Shown here in pieces: positions 10,170-20,345 of a stretch of DNA of 64,000 nucleotides. Within the stretch, counting starts at the first letter, position 1. Each line of letters starts with the position of its first letter. Location: the IMG/VR virus record IMGVR_UViG_3300031564_000194, positions 3,114 through 67,113 of that record; one strand, given 5' to 3'. The stretch is from a virus. Lineage: Duplodnaviria; Caudoviricetes. The notes under the pieces are model-generated. The model saw only the letters and a program-made list of their open reading frames with translations. It was not told the origin of the DNA and searched no databases. The position numbers and the translations under genes are program-made.

Positions 10170-11033
10170 TTAGATAGAGAGAGTTGCGTCGGTAATCGTG
10201 TACGTGTTGCCGGATACGATAGATGTTGTGTTGATGAGGAAGTCAGCACCAGACGTGCCGACGCTACCTTGAATCACAAAGGTTGCTGAGCCATTCGTCT
10301 TCGTCCACCGTGCGTAGGTAGCTGTGCCTGTAGCCGCAGCCGCTGCGGAAGTCAGTGCCCCGGTCAAAGAAGCAGAGCCACCAGCCGGTGTGTTGAACAC
10401 CTGGGTGGAGCCAATCGTCCATGTCGCCAACAGTGTGCCTGTTGCAGGGCTATCAGCGTCAGCCGGTGGTGTGCCAGAGTAAATGCTGATGGATGAGGCC
10501 CCAGCCGTGTTGATACCGAACTGAGGGGGTGTGGTGCTGAGTGCCGTCATGTTGTCCACAAGACGGTCTGACAAGGCTTGATTCAGGAACAGTGTTCCAC
10601 CATTCGTCTTAGGGAACTTGATCGAAAAACCTGTGCAGTTAAGAGCCACACCAGCTGTGGAAGACAGGTTGTCCAGAATCAAACCACCTCCGCCGCCACT
10701 GAGCGAAACAGGCGTGTCCATCAACGCTGTACCTGTGCTTCCGTAGATACGTGCGAAGCTCAAAGCAGACACAGAGGAGGAAGCGTTCGCACCACGATTT
10801 GCCGAAAGTTGAGAGATGCTGCCACCAGCAAAACTCATGTAGGTTCCCAACTGGATACCCACACTGTACGAAGAAAACGCTGCGCTGCCAGCAGGTGTGG
10901 TTAAAGGATCAGCAGGCTGCACACCGTTATACGGCACTGCGTAGTACGTAGCCTGGGCAATTGCCGGAGTCGTGGAACCCGCAAGCCAGCCGATGATATT
11001 GTTCTTCTGAGTAGTGCTAAATGTGGTCGGCAT
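10170..11033 (-). CDS. virion structural protein with internally duplicated domain, 287 aa
   Basis: Two similar halves; IYSGTPPADAD...GTLLAT motif shared with 11458-11901. Confidence 0.6.
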   Translation of the reverse strand: MPTTFSTTQKNNIIGWLAGSTTPAIAQATYYAVPYNGVQPADPLTTPAGSAAFSSYSVGIQLGTYMSFAGGSISQLSANRGANASSSVSALSFARIYGSTGTALMDTPVSLSGGGGGLILDNLSSTAGVALNCTGFSIKFPKTNGGTLFLNQALSDRLVDNMTALSTTPPQFGINTAGASSISIYSGTPPADADSPATGTLLATWTIGSTQVFNTPAGGSASLTGALTSAAAAATGTATYARWTKTNGSATFVIQGSVGTSGADFLINTTSIVSGNTYTITDATLSI

Positions 11034-11036
11034 GAC

Positions 11037-11447
11037 TTACACCTTCGATAGGGTAAATGCAGGTGTGATAACGATTTGGTCACCAGCGTATTGGACAACC
11101 TTGGGGCTATTGAACAACTCAGACCACAGCAAGGTGCCAGTTGTGGCATCGACAACGTAATAGCCGTACACGGTTGTTGCACCACCACTACCGTCGAATG
11201 TCCAAGTCTGAGCCGCGTAAGAAGCTGTACCCACACCGGAACTAGAAGCAATGCTCCAGTTCGCCTTGTTCAGTGTCTTCGCAGCGTAGTTCTGCGTGGA
11301 CATTTCTGTGTAGGTTGCAGCCGTGTCGGTATCACCAGGGGTGACATTGTTGGTGAACAGCTTCAGCAACTGGTTGCCTGGGGTGCTGAACCCCAGTGCA
11401 AACTCAAGCAGCTTGACTTCACTCGGATTAGGAACGACCAAGCTCAT
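11037..11447 (-). CDS. virion structural protein, 136 aa
   Basis: ORF track; LKLFTNNVTP...YTE motif of small beta-rich phage structural proteins. Confidence 0.6.
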   Translation of the reverse strand: MSLVVPNPSEVKLLEFALGFSTPGNQLLKLFTNNVTPGDTDTAATYTEMSTQNYAAKTLNKANWSIASSSGVGTASYAAQTWTFDGSGGATTVYGYYVVDATTGTLLWSELFNSPKVVQYAGDQIVITPAFTLSKV

Positions 11448-11457
11448 GATCTACTCC

Positions 11458-11901
11458 TTATGCGCCAGGGAGAGTGAATGCAGCAGAAGCAGCCAAGAAC
11501 GGAGCACCGTTGGTGACGGTGAGGTTGCCGATGTTCATGTCGGCACCGGAGGTGGCGATGGAACCATCCAGACGAACGGCAGTGGTGCTTGCAGCTGTAC
11601 CAGCATCAGTAGCTTCACGCATACGGAACCAACCGGCAGTGCCAGAGGCCACCGCAGTACCAGACCAAGTTTCAGATGCCAGCTTCTCCAACTCACCGGC
11701 AGTAGCGTTGGCTTCAAAGTGAAGACCAGCAGAGGAGCCGTCCGAATACAGGGTGACGAGCTTGGTGCCGTTGGGAACAGCATCGGGGGAAGAAGGTTGG
11801 ACGCCGGAGTAAACGTCAATGAAGCAGCCTGCGAACAGCGTCTTGAAGCAAGCGGTGTCCATCAGTTTGTTGACCAGTCCGGTAGAGAGTTTCAGAGCCA
11901 T
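11458..11901 (-). CDS. virion structural protein, 147 aa
   Basis: Start ATG 11901 (MALKLS), SD GAGGA; IDVYSGVQPSSPD motif. Confidence 0.6.
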   Translation of the reverse strand: MALKLSTGLVNKLMDTACFKTLFAGCFIDVYSGVQPSSPDAVPNGTKLVTLYSDGSSAGLHFEANATAGELEKLASETWSGTAVASGTAGWFRMREATDAGTAASTTAVRLDGSIATSGADMNIGNLTVTNGAPFLAASAAFTLPGA

Positions 11902-11911
11902 GATTAAATCC

Positions 11912-13102
11912 TCAATCAAAAAGAGTTGTTACGAACTGCGGCGTGCCGCCGCGTACTTTGAAAAGGCTTGCGCCCGACGACACACCTTGGGGTAACAGGT
12001 ATCTGTCACCCGTTAGGTTCTTGAACTCCCCGCCGTCCAACCCGACGCAGAGACCTTTTTTCGACATCCACATCATCACTTTGCCCTTTGCACCTTCTTC
12101 GCCAAAGTAATGACCAGGAACTTCTTTCTCCGTACCCAGAACGGAACCGTAGTTGGCTACTGGGTGCATGGTGAATTCGGTTGGGTCATCACCTTGCAAA
12201 AACACAATTTCATCATCAGAGCCAAGAAAGATTCCGTCAGAGACTGGGGCAAATGTTCGCACTGGGGAACTGAATCCGAGATACCCTTTGAAGCGGTGGA
12301 ACAACTCGAATTCATACGGCTGACTGTACCATAAGTAGTTGTTTTCAGCCACATAGGTGCGCCCCTTGTAGCTCCCAACCACCTGCCCTGGTGGTGGAGG
12401 CCCCATGAGCAAAGTGCGAACCGGCAACGTGCGTTCGGCAGGCAACTGAAGCACTTCGCAGAGCGTGTCAGAGTTATTGATCTCAGCAATCAGATACGGT
12501 AGTTCACCGTTGCAATCGCTGACGTAAATCCTCTTGCTTGTCACCTTCGGGTCATCAGACACCGGCAGGTTGGCAAAAATGAACCCTTCGTTCTGTCCTG
12601 CCTGTGCCGACACAACGGGGGCTGCGCCGCTCTCTTGACCACTACTGCGGACGTAGGTCATGGTAATCAAGTAGGTTCCCTCACGAAGAGAGCCTGGGCC
12701 GGTGCTGACCACCAGTTTTGGTGGCAGAGCGATCCCCCAAGGTCTCGGGGTGTCAACCCGACTAATGACATTGGATGTAACCCCATCAGAGCAAAACACT
12801 TCGTTCACAAGCTCTGTGTATGCCACACGAGTTGATGCAACCGGGATTCCAAGATCATACTTACTCATGTCGGGTAGGATGCGATGAATACTTCCTGCCT
12901 GGACACACAGAGCTAAGTCTCGACTCGCCCACAAGCTGTGACTAGCCACGGCGTCGATCACAGTAGTGCCAAGTCTGCGGTACGGTTTACCAGACTCGTC
13001 AAGCTCAATGTTCATGCCTTCGACAAGATCACCGAGTCCAAATCGCTCTGGTGAAAGGTCGTTCCGCACGCCAGTGAACTTGCTTAGTTCGAAGGTCTTC
13101 AT
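11912..13102 (-). CDS. tail/head-stabilisation type structural protein, 396 aa
   Basis: ORF track; beta-rich; position in tail module. Confidence 0.5.
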   Translation of the reverse strand: MKTFELSKFTGVRNDLSPERFGLGDLVEGMNIELDESGKPYRRLGTTVIDAVASHSLWASRDLALCVQAGSIHRILPDMSKYDLGIPVASTRVAYTELVNEVFCSDGVTSNVISRVDTPRPWGIALPPKLVVSTGPGSLREGTYLITMTYVRSSGQESGAAPVVSAQAGQNEGFIFANLPVSDDPKVTSKRIYVSDCNGELPYLIAEINNSDTLCEVLQLPAERTLPVRTLLMGPPPPGQVVGSYKGRTYVAENNYLWYSQPYEFELFHRFKGYLGFSSPVRTFAPVSDGIFLGSDDEIVFLQGDDPTEFTMHPVANYGSVLGTEKEVPGHYFGEEGAKGKVMMWMSKKGLCVGLDGGEFKNLTGDRYLLPQGVSSGASLFKVRGGTPQFVTTLFD

Positions 13103-13231
13103 TTAATTCCCCAAGGTAAGGTGCCCAGGCTGTGACCGGAGAAATCACACCTGGGCGGTTGAAGGTTTTTCGGACTTCCGTTTGTCCGATCAAGCACCCA
13201 CCTTCAACTAGGGTGACACTTGATCTTTACG

Positions 13232-13420
13232 TTACTCAGGAAGCAGCAGCTTGGACTCAAGAGAAGCAACAGGCTCAAGCGTACCGAGCACAGTCACACC
13301 TTCAATCTCAGTAACCCACTTCTGCACAGGGCAGTTGAGGGCTTCGAGCGCTGTCACACCTACATACAGATAAGGGGTTTGAATGAACTGCTCAGCTTGT
13401 TCGCGGGTTACTTTCGCCAT
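13232..13420 (-). CDS. hypothetical protein, 62 aa
   Basis: ATG 13420 with SD GGAG. Confidence 0.5.
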   Translation of the reverse strand: MAKVTREQAEQFIQTPYLYVGVTALEALNCPVQKWVTEIEGVTVLGTLEPVASLESKLLLPE

Positions 13421-13422
13421 GA

Positions 13423-13890
13423 TTAGCTCCAATACGTAACGGTTGATGGGTTTTGTGACCAGTAGATTTGACGAGCACCTGAGAATTGACCGGGTACTGC
13501 GACAAACACATTTGCTTTCCCCAACTCACCTTGTCGCGCTGGCTTCCCAGTAGAAAATTGAGTTGAGTTGTAATACGCAACATTGAAACGACCTTGCCAG
13601 GATGTTGCTGTCCACACCCAGGTCTTTTTCAATGTGCTTGGGTCGTAGCTGTTACCTTGCTTGCATTTCTTCACCCCAACAAATCTGCTGTTGAGGTTGG
13701 CAGAAAAACTTCCACCCGACTTCCGATCAACACCATGACGATATGGTTTAGCAGATGCAAACCTGCCTGGGCTGGTGGTCAAGTTCCCTGAACCACCAGC
13801 TGTTGTCACCCGCTGAACTTTCTTAGCTCCAGCTAGAACCCAAGCCGACCCAGTATTCGGGTTGTTTGGGTAGTTGTTGATCGGAATCAT
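13423..13890 (-). CDS. hypothetical tail-associated protein, 155 aa
   Basis: ORF track; follows the tail fibre gene. Confidence 0.5.
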   Translation of the reverse strand: MIPINNYPNNPNTGSAWVLAGAKKVQRVTTAGGSGNLTTSPGRFASAKPYRHGVDRKSGGSFSANLNSRFVGVKKCKQGNSYDPSTLKKTWVWTATSWQGRFNVAYYNSTQFSTGKPARQGELGKANVFVAVPGQFSGARQIYWSQNPSTVTYWS

Positions 13891-13893
13891 GGT

Positions 13894-16569
13894 TTAACGA
13901 GGGATCAACATCTGACCGTGGCCGTAGGTGTTATTTCCACCGTGGTAGTACTGCTTTGCCACATGGTAGAAGTTGCCGTCAGTTGTATGGAACAAGTATT
14001 GATTCCCAGTGTGCATACCGCAGCGAACACCAACCGCTGTGTTGGTGTATCCACCAATACCCTTAGTACTTCCTGCCGTAGCAGTACCCACAGCGCCAGC
14101 GCCACCCCCGTCACCTGTGCTAAATGACTGCCCAGCGAAAGTACTAGGTACAAACACCCCCATGTGGTTAGGTGTCCGCATGGTCACGCACTTAGCTAGG
14201 CCATTTGTGTGAGATTCATTACCCGCTGTGACGCTGATCGTATTTTTGAAAAGTGCACCTGCATTAGTGATCAGATGTGCCCCTACTGTGCCCCCTGATG
14301 TCGTGTTGCTGGTGGCGTAAGCCATACTGAAATACTGACCGTGCCATGTGCAGCCGTAGGTATAAACAGCAAGTGCAGTAACTGGGCTAGTGATCCACGC
14401 AGCAGCATTGGTGCTCATGGTGATCCCCACGAGACCCATATCAGCCGCCGTAGTGGTGTTGCCGAACATCCCCAACACAGTGTCTTGTCCGTCGCAAGCG
14501 AGACCCATCACAGTGCTTGTTGAAGTCTTACCGGATAAGGTGGTGGTAGTGCCCCACTGGGTAAATGAGCCTGTGTCGATAGCGTAAATACCGCCACCGT
14601 TTGATGCTGTACGTTGACTTGCAAACAAGCGGTTGTGGCCGTCCCAGCACAAGGCTTGGATACCACCTGTGCCAATGGTCAAGGATGTGTGTGCATCACC
14701 GTTCAACGTGTCGATGCGGGAAACACCAGCCGTTGTTGCAGCGTAGACGTACTGACCATCGAAGCAAATGTCGGTGACAACACCTGTAGGGCCGGACACA
14801 GCAGTGGTATTACCGGAGCTAAAGTCTGTCTTGTACACCCCGCTGGCAGTAGCGTGATACACCGCTACACCTGTAAAAGCCATGGCATACGCCACCTGTG
14901 TCTGGGCGTAGGAGTTAGTGGTTGGTTGCCAGCTACCTTGAACAGCACAAGAACTTGCTGCATCGTAGTTGATAGGGAGCACCCAGTGATCTTGTCCAGT
15001 TCCTCCAGCAGCGTAGAACAGATCACTGTCCACCGGAAGGTTCACCTTGTCCATCAGGTTCCCAACGTTAGGAACTGCCTTCAGACCAAATGTACGTCCG
15101 TGGATGGATACCAGACCAAGGCTGGCGGTATCAACGGTGATCAACTTGGGGCTGGAAACCAGACGTTTGCCAGAATCCCAAGCGTGCTTCAGTGGCCCCC
15201 ACACAGCATTGGAAGTACGAATGTCGTCAGCAAATTTGCTGGTGTATTGCAGACCATAGGTTCCGTGAGCAAACTGCATTTGCTGGTTCTGCAAGGTTGC
15301 TGTGGCGGGGCCACTGCGACCATCCCGAGTACGGGGGAGGGAAATCCAGTCGTTGTTGGCCCAGCCTGCTACTTGGTTGACCCAAGAAGCCCCGTTGGTC
15401 ATACCCCATGTGGGGAAACCAGCTGCTGCTGTGTCTTCAGCAGCCTCTCGCTCAAGCTCGACACACATCTGCCAGTTGCTCGGGCTGTTCTGAACAAACG
15501 ACATGATGCCAAGGTGGCGACTCGAACCGAAGATGACCACATCAGTACCGAAAGTGCTGTACCCATGACGAAGGGCGCGGTTGCCGATGTAGCACTCGTT
15601 CGTCATCACTTGGTTAGTCAAATCCCATGACTCACAACTTGTCATGTGGAAGGACTGAATGGTCTTGTCCCAGAAGATGACTACGTATTTGTAAGTGACC
15701 CCATCTTTGTTCAGACAGCGGTACACCTTCTGCACCTGACCGACGTTGTAAACCGTGTCATAGGCACTCCAACCGAGATCGACAATGGCTGCATCGACAG
15801 AAGCGATGAGGGCGTCAGGGTTCGGTTCACCCGCATTGGTAACTTGGCGGGTGTAGGTGCCGATGCTGCTCGTAACCACGTTGTTGCCGAAGGTGTTGAA
15901 CGCACCGTCGACAGGGGGTACGTGAGGCCCGGTGTAGCGTGCTACACCCTTCGTCATGCGGAAGTACTGCACATTACCTTGAGGGCCACCTACTCCGATC
16001 AGACCACCGATGCCGAGTTGCATACTGCTGTTGAAGTTGATAGATACCCCGGAACCAATAGCTGCTGTTGCTACAACACGACCATTGAAGGTCATGATCA
16101 ACGCAGTGCCGTATCGGTTCAGAGAGACATGGTTGTAGCGACCTGGGAGCCAGTTGCAAGTGGCCGATGCTGATTGCAGCAATGCTGCACCTGCGCTTGT
16201 CTGAAGGTACAGGGTCAGACGCTTACTCACGTCATACAGCAACCGCAGGGCTTCACCAGCGCCACCTTGTGCCACCCCGTCCGTCAGGGAGAAGAGGTTC
16301 ATGTTAGTTGGCGAGGTAACGTACATCAGGAAGTCAATGCTGAAGTCTGACGTTCCGAGGTTGTAGTCGCTGGAGTTTGCACCCACAAGCAAATTGGTAT
16401 TACCCGGCAAGTAGCAAGAGGATGTACCAAAGCGTTTTTGAGCAGTGCTCGTTACAACCCCAGTGCCACCAGTGAAGGTGTGACCGAGAGAATCAGAGAA
16501 CGTTGTCCCGTTGTTTGCGCCCGACATATTGAGTCGAACGATGTCATATCCTGCGTACTGATCGGCCAT
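13894..16569 (-). CDS. tail fibre / receptor-binding protein with N-terminal LamG (concanavalin-like) domain and C-terminal beta-propeller-like region, 891 aa
   Basis: FGTSSCYL...DFSIDF...YNHVSLNR...FRMTKGVARYT LamG-type pattern; repeated short beta-strands at the C-terminus. Confidence 0.7.
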   Translation of the reverse strand: MADQYAGYDIVRLNMSGANNGTTFSDSLGHTFTGGTGVVTSTAQKRFGTSSCYLPGNTNLLVGANSSDYNLGTSDFSIDFLMYVTSPTNMNLFSLTDGVAQGGAGEALRLLYDVSKRLTLYLQTSAGAALLQSASATCNWLPGRYNHVSLNRYGTALIMTFNGRVVATAAIGSGVSINFNSSMQLGIGGLIGVGGPQGNVQYFRMTKGVARYTGPHVPPVDGAFNTFGNNVVTSSIGTYTRQVTNAGEPNPDALIASVDAAIVDLGWSAYDTVYNVGQVQKVYRCLNKDGVTYKYVVIFWDKTIQSFHMTSCESWDLTNQVMTNECYIGNRALRHGYSTFGTDVVIFGSSRHLGIMSFVQNSPSNWQMCVELEREAAEDTAAAGFPTWGMTNGASWVNQVAGWANNDWISLPRTRDGRSGPATATLQNQQMQFAHGTYGLQYTSKFADDIRTSNAVWGPLKHAWDSGKRLVSSPKLITVDTASLGLVSIHGRTFGLKAVPNVGNLMDKVNLPVDSDLFYAAGGTGQDHWVLPINYDAASSCAVQGSWQPTTNSYAQTQVAYAMAFTGVAVYHATASGVYKTDFSSGNTTAVSGPTGVVTDICFDGQYVYAATTAGVSRIDTLNGDAHTSLTIGTGGIQALCWDGHNRLFASQRTASNGGGIYAIDTGSFTQWGTTTTLSGKTSTSTVMGLACDGQDTVLGMFGNTTTAADMGLVGITMSTNAAAWITSPVTALAVYTYGCTWHGQYFSMAYATSNTTSGGTVGAHLITNAGALFKNTISVTAGNESHTNGLAKCVTMRTPNHMGVFVPSTFAGQSFSTGDGGGAGAVGTATAGSTKGIGGYTNTAVGVRCGMHTGNQYLFHTTDGNFYHVAKQYYHGGNNTYGHGQMLIPR

Positions 16570-16577
16570 GATTCACC

Positions 16578-16979
16578 TCACTGGTAAACAAGGCAAATGG
16601 TGGCATTGGCCCCACCGTTTGCTTGGGTTGTATCGACTGTGAGATAGTCATCCCGCGTAGCGGTTTCACTCAGCGATACATCACTTGATACATACGCCCC
16701 AGCTGGAACAGTGATTGTCCCAATCGAGGTTCCGTTTTTCTTAACGTTGAAAACTGCAGACCCGTTTTGAGGTGCTGTACCTAGACTTGCATACATCTTG
16801 ATCAGGCCGATGTTGTCCTCTGGATACCAACGAACCGTGCCTGATTGAACAGCTAGATTTCCAATCACATTGCATTTGGCAACCTTCGTCCCTCCACCCC
16901 CTACACCGGGGGTGGAGTCACCAACAGGCAGTTCTTGAATTTGCCCGTTGATAATGACGAGAGGTCGGCGTTGGGTCAT
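16578..16979 (-). CDS. structural protein, 133 aa
   Basis: N-terminus RPLVIINGQIQELPVGD shared with the upstream gene. Confidence 0.6.
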   Translation of the reverse strand: MTQRRPLVIINGQIQELPVGDSTPGVGGGGTKVAKCNVIGNLAVQSGTVRWYPEDNIGLIKMYASLGTAPQNGSAVFNVKKNGTSIGTITVPAGAYVSSDVSLSETATRDDYLTVDTTQANGGANATICLVYQ

Positions 16980-16982
16980 GCT

Positions 16983-17477
16983 TTAAGCCAGCAGAACACC
17001 TGTGCGGTCAGTGTCGATGTTCAAGTCTGTGCTGGAGAGAGCGTTACCAACGATGTAGACATAAGCACCGGAGCTTGTGGGGGCTGTGGTGGTCAGCTTC
17101 CCTGCGGCAGTGTCATCGAGGTAATAAATAGCTCCGGGAGTCAAACCACCTGTTTGGCCGGTAACGGCATCCCACTGAGCGGTGCTGGCAACCAGAATGC
17201 CGTCAGTCTGGATCATGCCGGAACTGGAGGAGGCGATAGATGTGTCCTTGACAAGACCGAACACCTTGCAGGTAGCAGATGCGTTTGCACGAGCCTTGTC
17301 GACAGAGTTGGCACCAGACACGTAGACCGGGCAACCGACAGTGATCGCACCAGGGTTGTCGTTCGAAGCGTTAACCAGATCGACTTCAGCTACGGAGGAA
17401 GGTGCGGACAAAGTATCGCCAGCAGGGATTTGCTGGATTTGACCGTTGATGATGACAAGAGGTTTTTGGACAGCCAT
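16983..17477 (-). CDS. capsid cement/decoration-like (DUF2190-like) protein, 164 aa
   Basis: KPLVIINGQIQQIPAGD N-terminus; ITVGCPVYVSG...VFGLV...GLTPGAIYYL pattern. Confidence 0.55.
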   Translation of the reverse strand: MAVQKPLVIINGQIQQIPAGDTLSAPSSVAEVDLVNASNDNPGAITVGCPVYVSGANSVDKARANASATCKVFGLVKDTSIASSSSGMIQTDGILVASTAQWDAVTGQTGGLTPGAIYYLDDTAAGKLTTTAPTSSGAYVYIVGNALSSTDLNIDTDRTGVLLA

Positions 17478-17488
17478 GATGTTGCTCC

Positions 17489-17974
17489 TTATGCGAGAAA
17501 GATCGGCTCTTCAATGTTGACTAGCAAGACTGAAGCCGTCACAGCCATGCCGATACGAATCAAGAAACCTGAAACAGGTGATGCGTTTGTTATTGCACCT
17601 GTGCCAACGTAGTAGGGAGACCCTGCCGTTAGACCAGAGAGCGTTAGAGTGCCAGATACGGAAATAGGGCACGAGAACCCAAGAGATGTATCAGCACCAG
17701 CCAAACCAACGACGTTGGGATCACTCAGCTGATCAGCTGCATACACTTTGTTGGACACCACTTTCAGAGGTGTGCCTTTGAGCAAGTCCTCACCCGCCTC
17801 CAGGGAGAACGCGGGTGTGGGGGAACCGCCACCACCGGAGATGTCGGCCCAGACCAGTTCTAGTGGGTGAGTCGGATCACTCGAACGAACGAGAGCTTGC
17901 CCAGGTGCCCCGTCACCATTGACGAAGGGGCGCTTTGGCAACTCCGTTTGAACGAACGTCTGAAAATCAGCCAC
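17489..17974 (-). CDS. capsid cement/decoration-like (DUF2190-like) protein, 161 aa
   Basis: AGEDLLKGTPL...VVGLA...GLTAGSPYYV...RIGMA pattern, paralogous to 16983-17477. Confidence 0.55.
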   Translation of the reverse strand: MADFQTFVQTELPKRPFVNGDGAPGQALVRSSDPTHPLELVWADISGGGGSPTPAFSLEAGEDLLKGTPLKVVSNKVYAADQLSDPNVVGLAGADTSLGFSCPISVSGTLTLSGLTAGSPYYVGTGAITNASPVSGFLIRIGMAVTASVLLVNIEEPIFLA

Positions 17975-19551
17975 TATGCAACCTCCTGAACTGTCACCTG
18001 AAGCGTTCCAGATGTGTTAGAGCCAGCGAAGATTGTATCAGAGAGCGCAAGATAGCCCCCTGTTGGAGAGTAGTTACCAGAAGCGTCCGAGATGTAGAAA
18101 CCGTTGCTGCGAACAGCTGAATCCGTGTATCGAGTCAGCGTGGCACCGCCGACGATCTGAGCACTGACTTTGGTCTCGTCGCCAACGTTAACACCGATTG
18201 CAACGACTCGACTAAAGGCCGGGATCGTCAATGTGCGAGATGAAAACCCACCCACTGTGAAGGCAGAACCACTGCTGATTGTTGAACCGGCAATACCCGA
18301 AGGGCCTGTGATAGACAACCCAGAGAAGTTAGCCACACCGCGAGCAACGGCATCTGAGATACGCAGCAGGCGCTTCCAGTAGGAACCGACGAGTGTCCAA
18401 CTTCCTTGCCATGCACCTACGCTGGCATTCAGGGTTGGGGCAGCTGATACCAACTGGTCAGGATATACCCGGACTTCATAGTCGATACCAGTGGGGGAAC
18501 TTACCATACGTCCAGCAGGACTCGTCATGATGTAGGCGGTAGGTGCCACAGTGGCGATGCGAACAAGGATGTTTGCTGTCGTGGTGGTGTCGTTGGCCGC
18601 ACGGTGGGCTGTGATTGTGTAGTTCCACCCGCTACCTTCATACCCTGTGAAAGTCGGCTGTACGGTCTTGTTGACTTCGTATGTATTTGGGTTACTGATG
18701 GACAAGTGGGTGCTTGAGTAGATAACCGTGTCGGCATCACTCACTGGGGCATTCACAGTCCCGGTATCACCCGTATTCAAACCCTGTTGACCAGAAGGGT
18801 AGCTCACACCACCGTTGGTGATCGTTGGTGTCGTCTGGTTAAGCACAAGGGTGGAAGATTGGAAGTCATTGCCGTAAGTGCCAAAGCTGTTCCTGGCACG
18901 CGCTGTGATCGGCAGGTTTCCACTATTGGCACTGATGTCAATCACCCCTGTAGCCACACCACCTGTAACCGTCAAGGTTTTTCCAGCCGTCGCACCTTGA
19001 GGAAGAACGGTCACTTGAGTAGCATCAGCGTCGGTGTGGACAGTGACCGAGATTTGATCACCAGCCTTCAACTCTGTTTGGGTTCCTGGGTATGGGCCAA
19101 AAGTGATTGATGTGATCTCAGGCCCTGCCCCCAACACCTCCACAATCACTGTGTCAGTGCCACCAGCATCGGACACAACGTTGACGGTATTGATACCTGC
19201 AGAGAGGGTGATGTCAGCATAACCAGTGAACCAACGCTTGGTGGTTGATTCTGTCAGCACGGCTGCTACACCGTTCACAGTGACTGACGGGGAGTACTTG
19301 TCAGCACCACCCTCACACCCGAGCAACACGCGCACATTCGGGGTGTCTGAAAGACACTGATGAAGCTCCACATTCGGAGGGGTGGTGTTCGGCTCGTAGG
19401 TTTTGCTACCTACGATACCTGTAGAAGTAGGAACCACGTCGAGGGCGAATACCTCCCCTCCTCCACCGCTACCCGGTGGGCCAGGAGGCCCAACCCCACC
19501 GAGTGAAACGACGTGGACTTCACGACGATCAAGCGACACCACATCTGTCAT
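17974..19551 (-). CDS. Ig-like repeat fibre/structural protein, 525 aa
   Basis: ORF track; Thr/Val/Gly-rich beta-sandwich-like segments. Confidence 0.55.
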   Translation of the reverse strand: MTDVVSLDRREVHVVSLGGVGPPGPPGSGGGGEVFALDVVPTSTGIVGSKTYEPNTTPPNVELHQCLSDTPNVRVLLGCEGGADKYSPSVTVNGVAAVLTESTTKRWFTGYADITLSAGINTVNVVSDAGGTDTVIVEVLGAGPEITSITFGPYPGTQTELKAGDQISVTVHTDADATQVTVLPQGATAGKTLTVTGGVATGVIDISANSGNLPITARARNSFGTYGNDFQSSTLVLNQTTPTITNGGVSYPSGQQGLNTGDTGTVNAPVSDADTVIYSSTHLSISNPNTYEVNKTVQPTFTGYEGSGWNYTITAHRAANDTTTTANILVRIATVAPTAYIMTSPAGRMVSSPTGIDYEVRVYPDQLVSAAPTLNASVGAWQGSWTLVGSYWKRLLRISDAVARGVANFSGLSITGPSGIAGSTISSGSAFTVGGFSSRTLTIPAFSRVVAIGVNVGDETKVSAQIVGGATLTRYTDSAVRSNGFYISDASGNYSPTGGYLALSDTIFAGSNTSGTLQVTVQEVA

Positions 19552-19715
19552 TTCAGTTCCCTAACATAAATCTCGCTCACAGACGTGGCGACATGAATTT
19601 GCGTTGAGTCCGTCCTGACCGAAATCTCTTCAACGTTCACCGAAACATTAAGCTCGCGGCTATCGGTGAACACATTGATGTCACTCACGTCTTCAAGGCA
19701 GTAAATTTGATCCAT
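19548..19715 (-). CDS. small structural protein, 55 aa (MDQIYCLEDVSDINVF...)
   Basis: Read by hand; SD GAGG; stop overlaps next ATG (ATGA); below the ORF-track cutoff. Confidence 0.55.
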   Translation of the reverse strand: MDQIYCLEDVSDINVFTDSRELNVSVNVEEISVRTDSTQIHVATSVSEIYVRELK

Positions 19716-19742
19716 AGCAACCTCAACGTGAGCGGTGATTCC

Positions 19743-20342
19743 CTACTTGGTGACTTCCTTGCTTACCGTGACAGAACCTGCCAGGAGGGCTACAACGATG
19801 CCGTCAGGGCTGATCATTTCAAGGTCGTATACGCCTTTGGCCCAGGTAATGCCAGCTGTCGTCACCGCGTCGATTTCAAGACGAATGGTTTTGTCAGTAT
19901 CGGAGACAACGATAAATCCGTTGGTTGTGTCCAGGCTCAACAACTCAGTTCCACCCACCTTGTCTTTGATAGACATTCTGGCCGTGTAACCAGCAAGCGG
20001 TACAGGGGTGTTGAACTGAAGATAGCCTCCACTCACATACGCCTTGTAGTCGGATGCGTTGACGCCGTTGAGTTCAACATGGTCAACATCCACCACCGTT
20101 GCCGGTTTGAAGTCCTTGTCCTTCGGCGGATTGCTCTCGGCGTTTAGCGCAGTCATGCCTTTGACAGACACAACAGCAACCCTCCAACCGGGTGGGATAC
20201 CATGAGCAGGGGCAGTAATCCGAACAGGTGCGGCTTGAGTGGCACCCGTGATCGGTTTGTAAATGATCGGAGGGGCTTCCCATCGCAACACCTGTTGAAA
20301 AGTTTTGCCTTGTTCGATAACGAAATCTTTGTTCGCAGCCAT
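19743..20342 (-). CDS. virion structural protein with inserted FCCH-like beta domain, 199 aa
   Basis: FVIEQGKTF...GVYDLEM...LLAGSVTVSKEVT frame with inserted ITGATQAAPVRITAPAHG...VKGMTALN. Confidence 0.55.
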   Translation of the reverse strand: MAANKDFVIEQGKTFQQVLRWEAPPIIYKPITGATQAAPVRITAPAHGIPPGWRVAVVSVKGMTALNAESNPPKDKDFKPATVVDVDHVELNGVNASDYKAYVSGGYLQFNTPVPLAGYTARMSIKDKVGGTELLSLDTTNGFIVVSDTDKTIRLEIDAVTTAGITWAKGVYDLEMISPDGIVVALLAGSVTVSKEVTK

Positions 20343-20345
20343 GAC

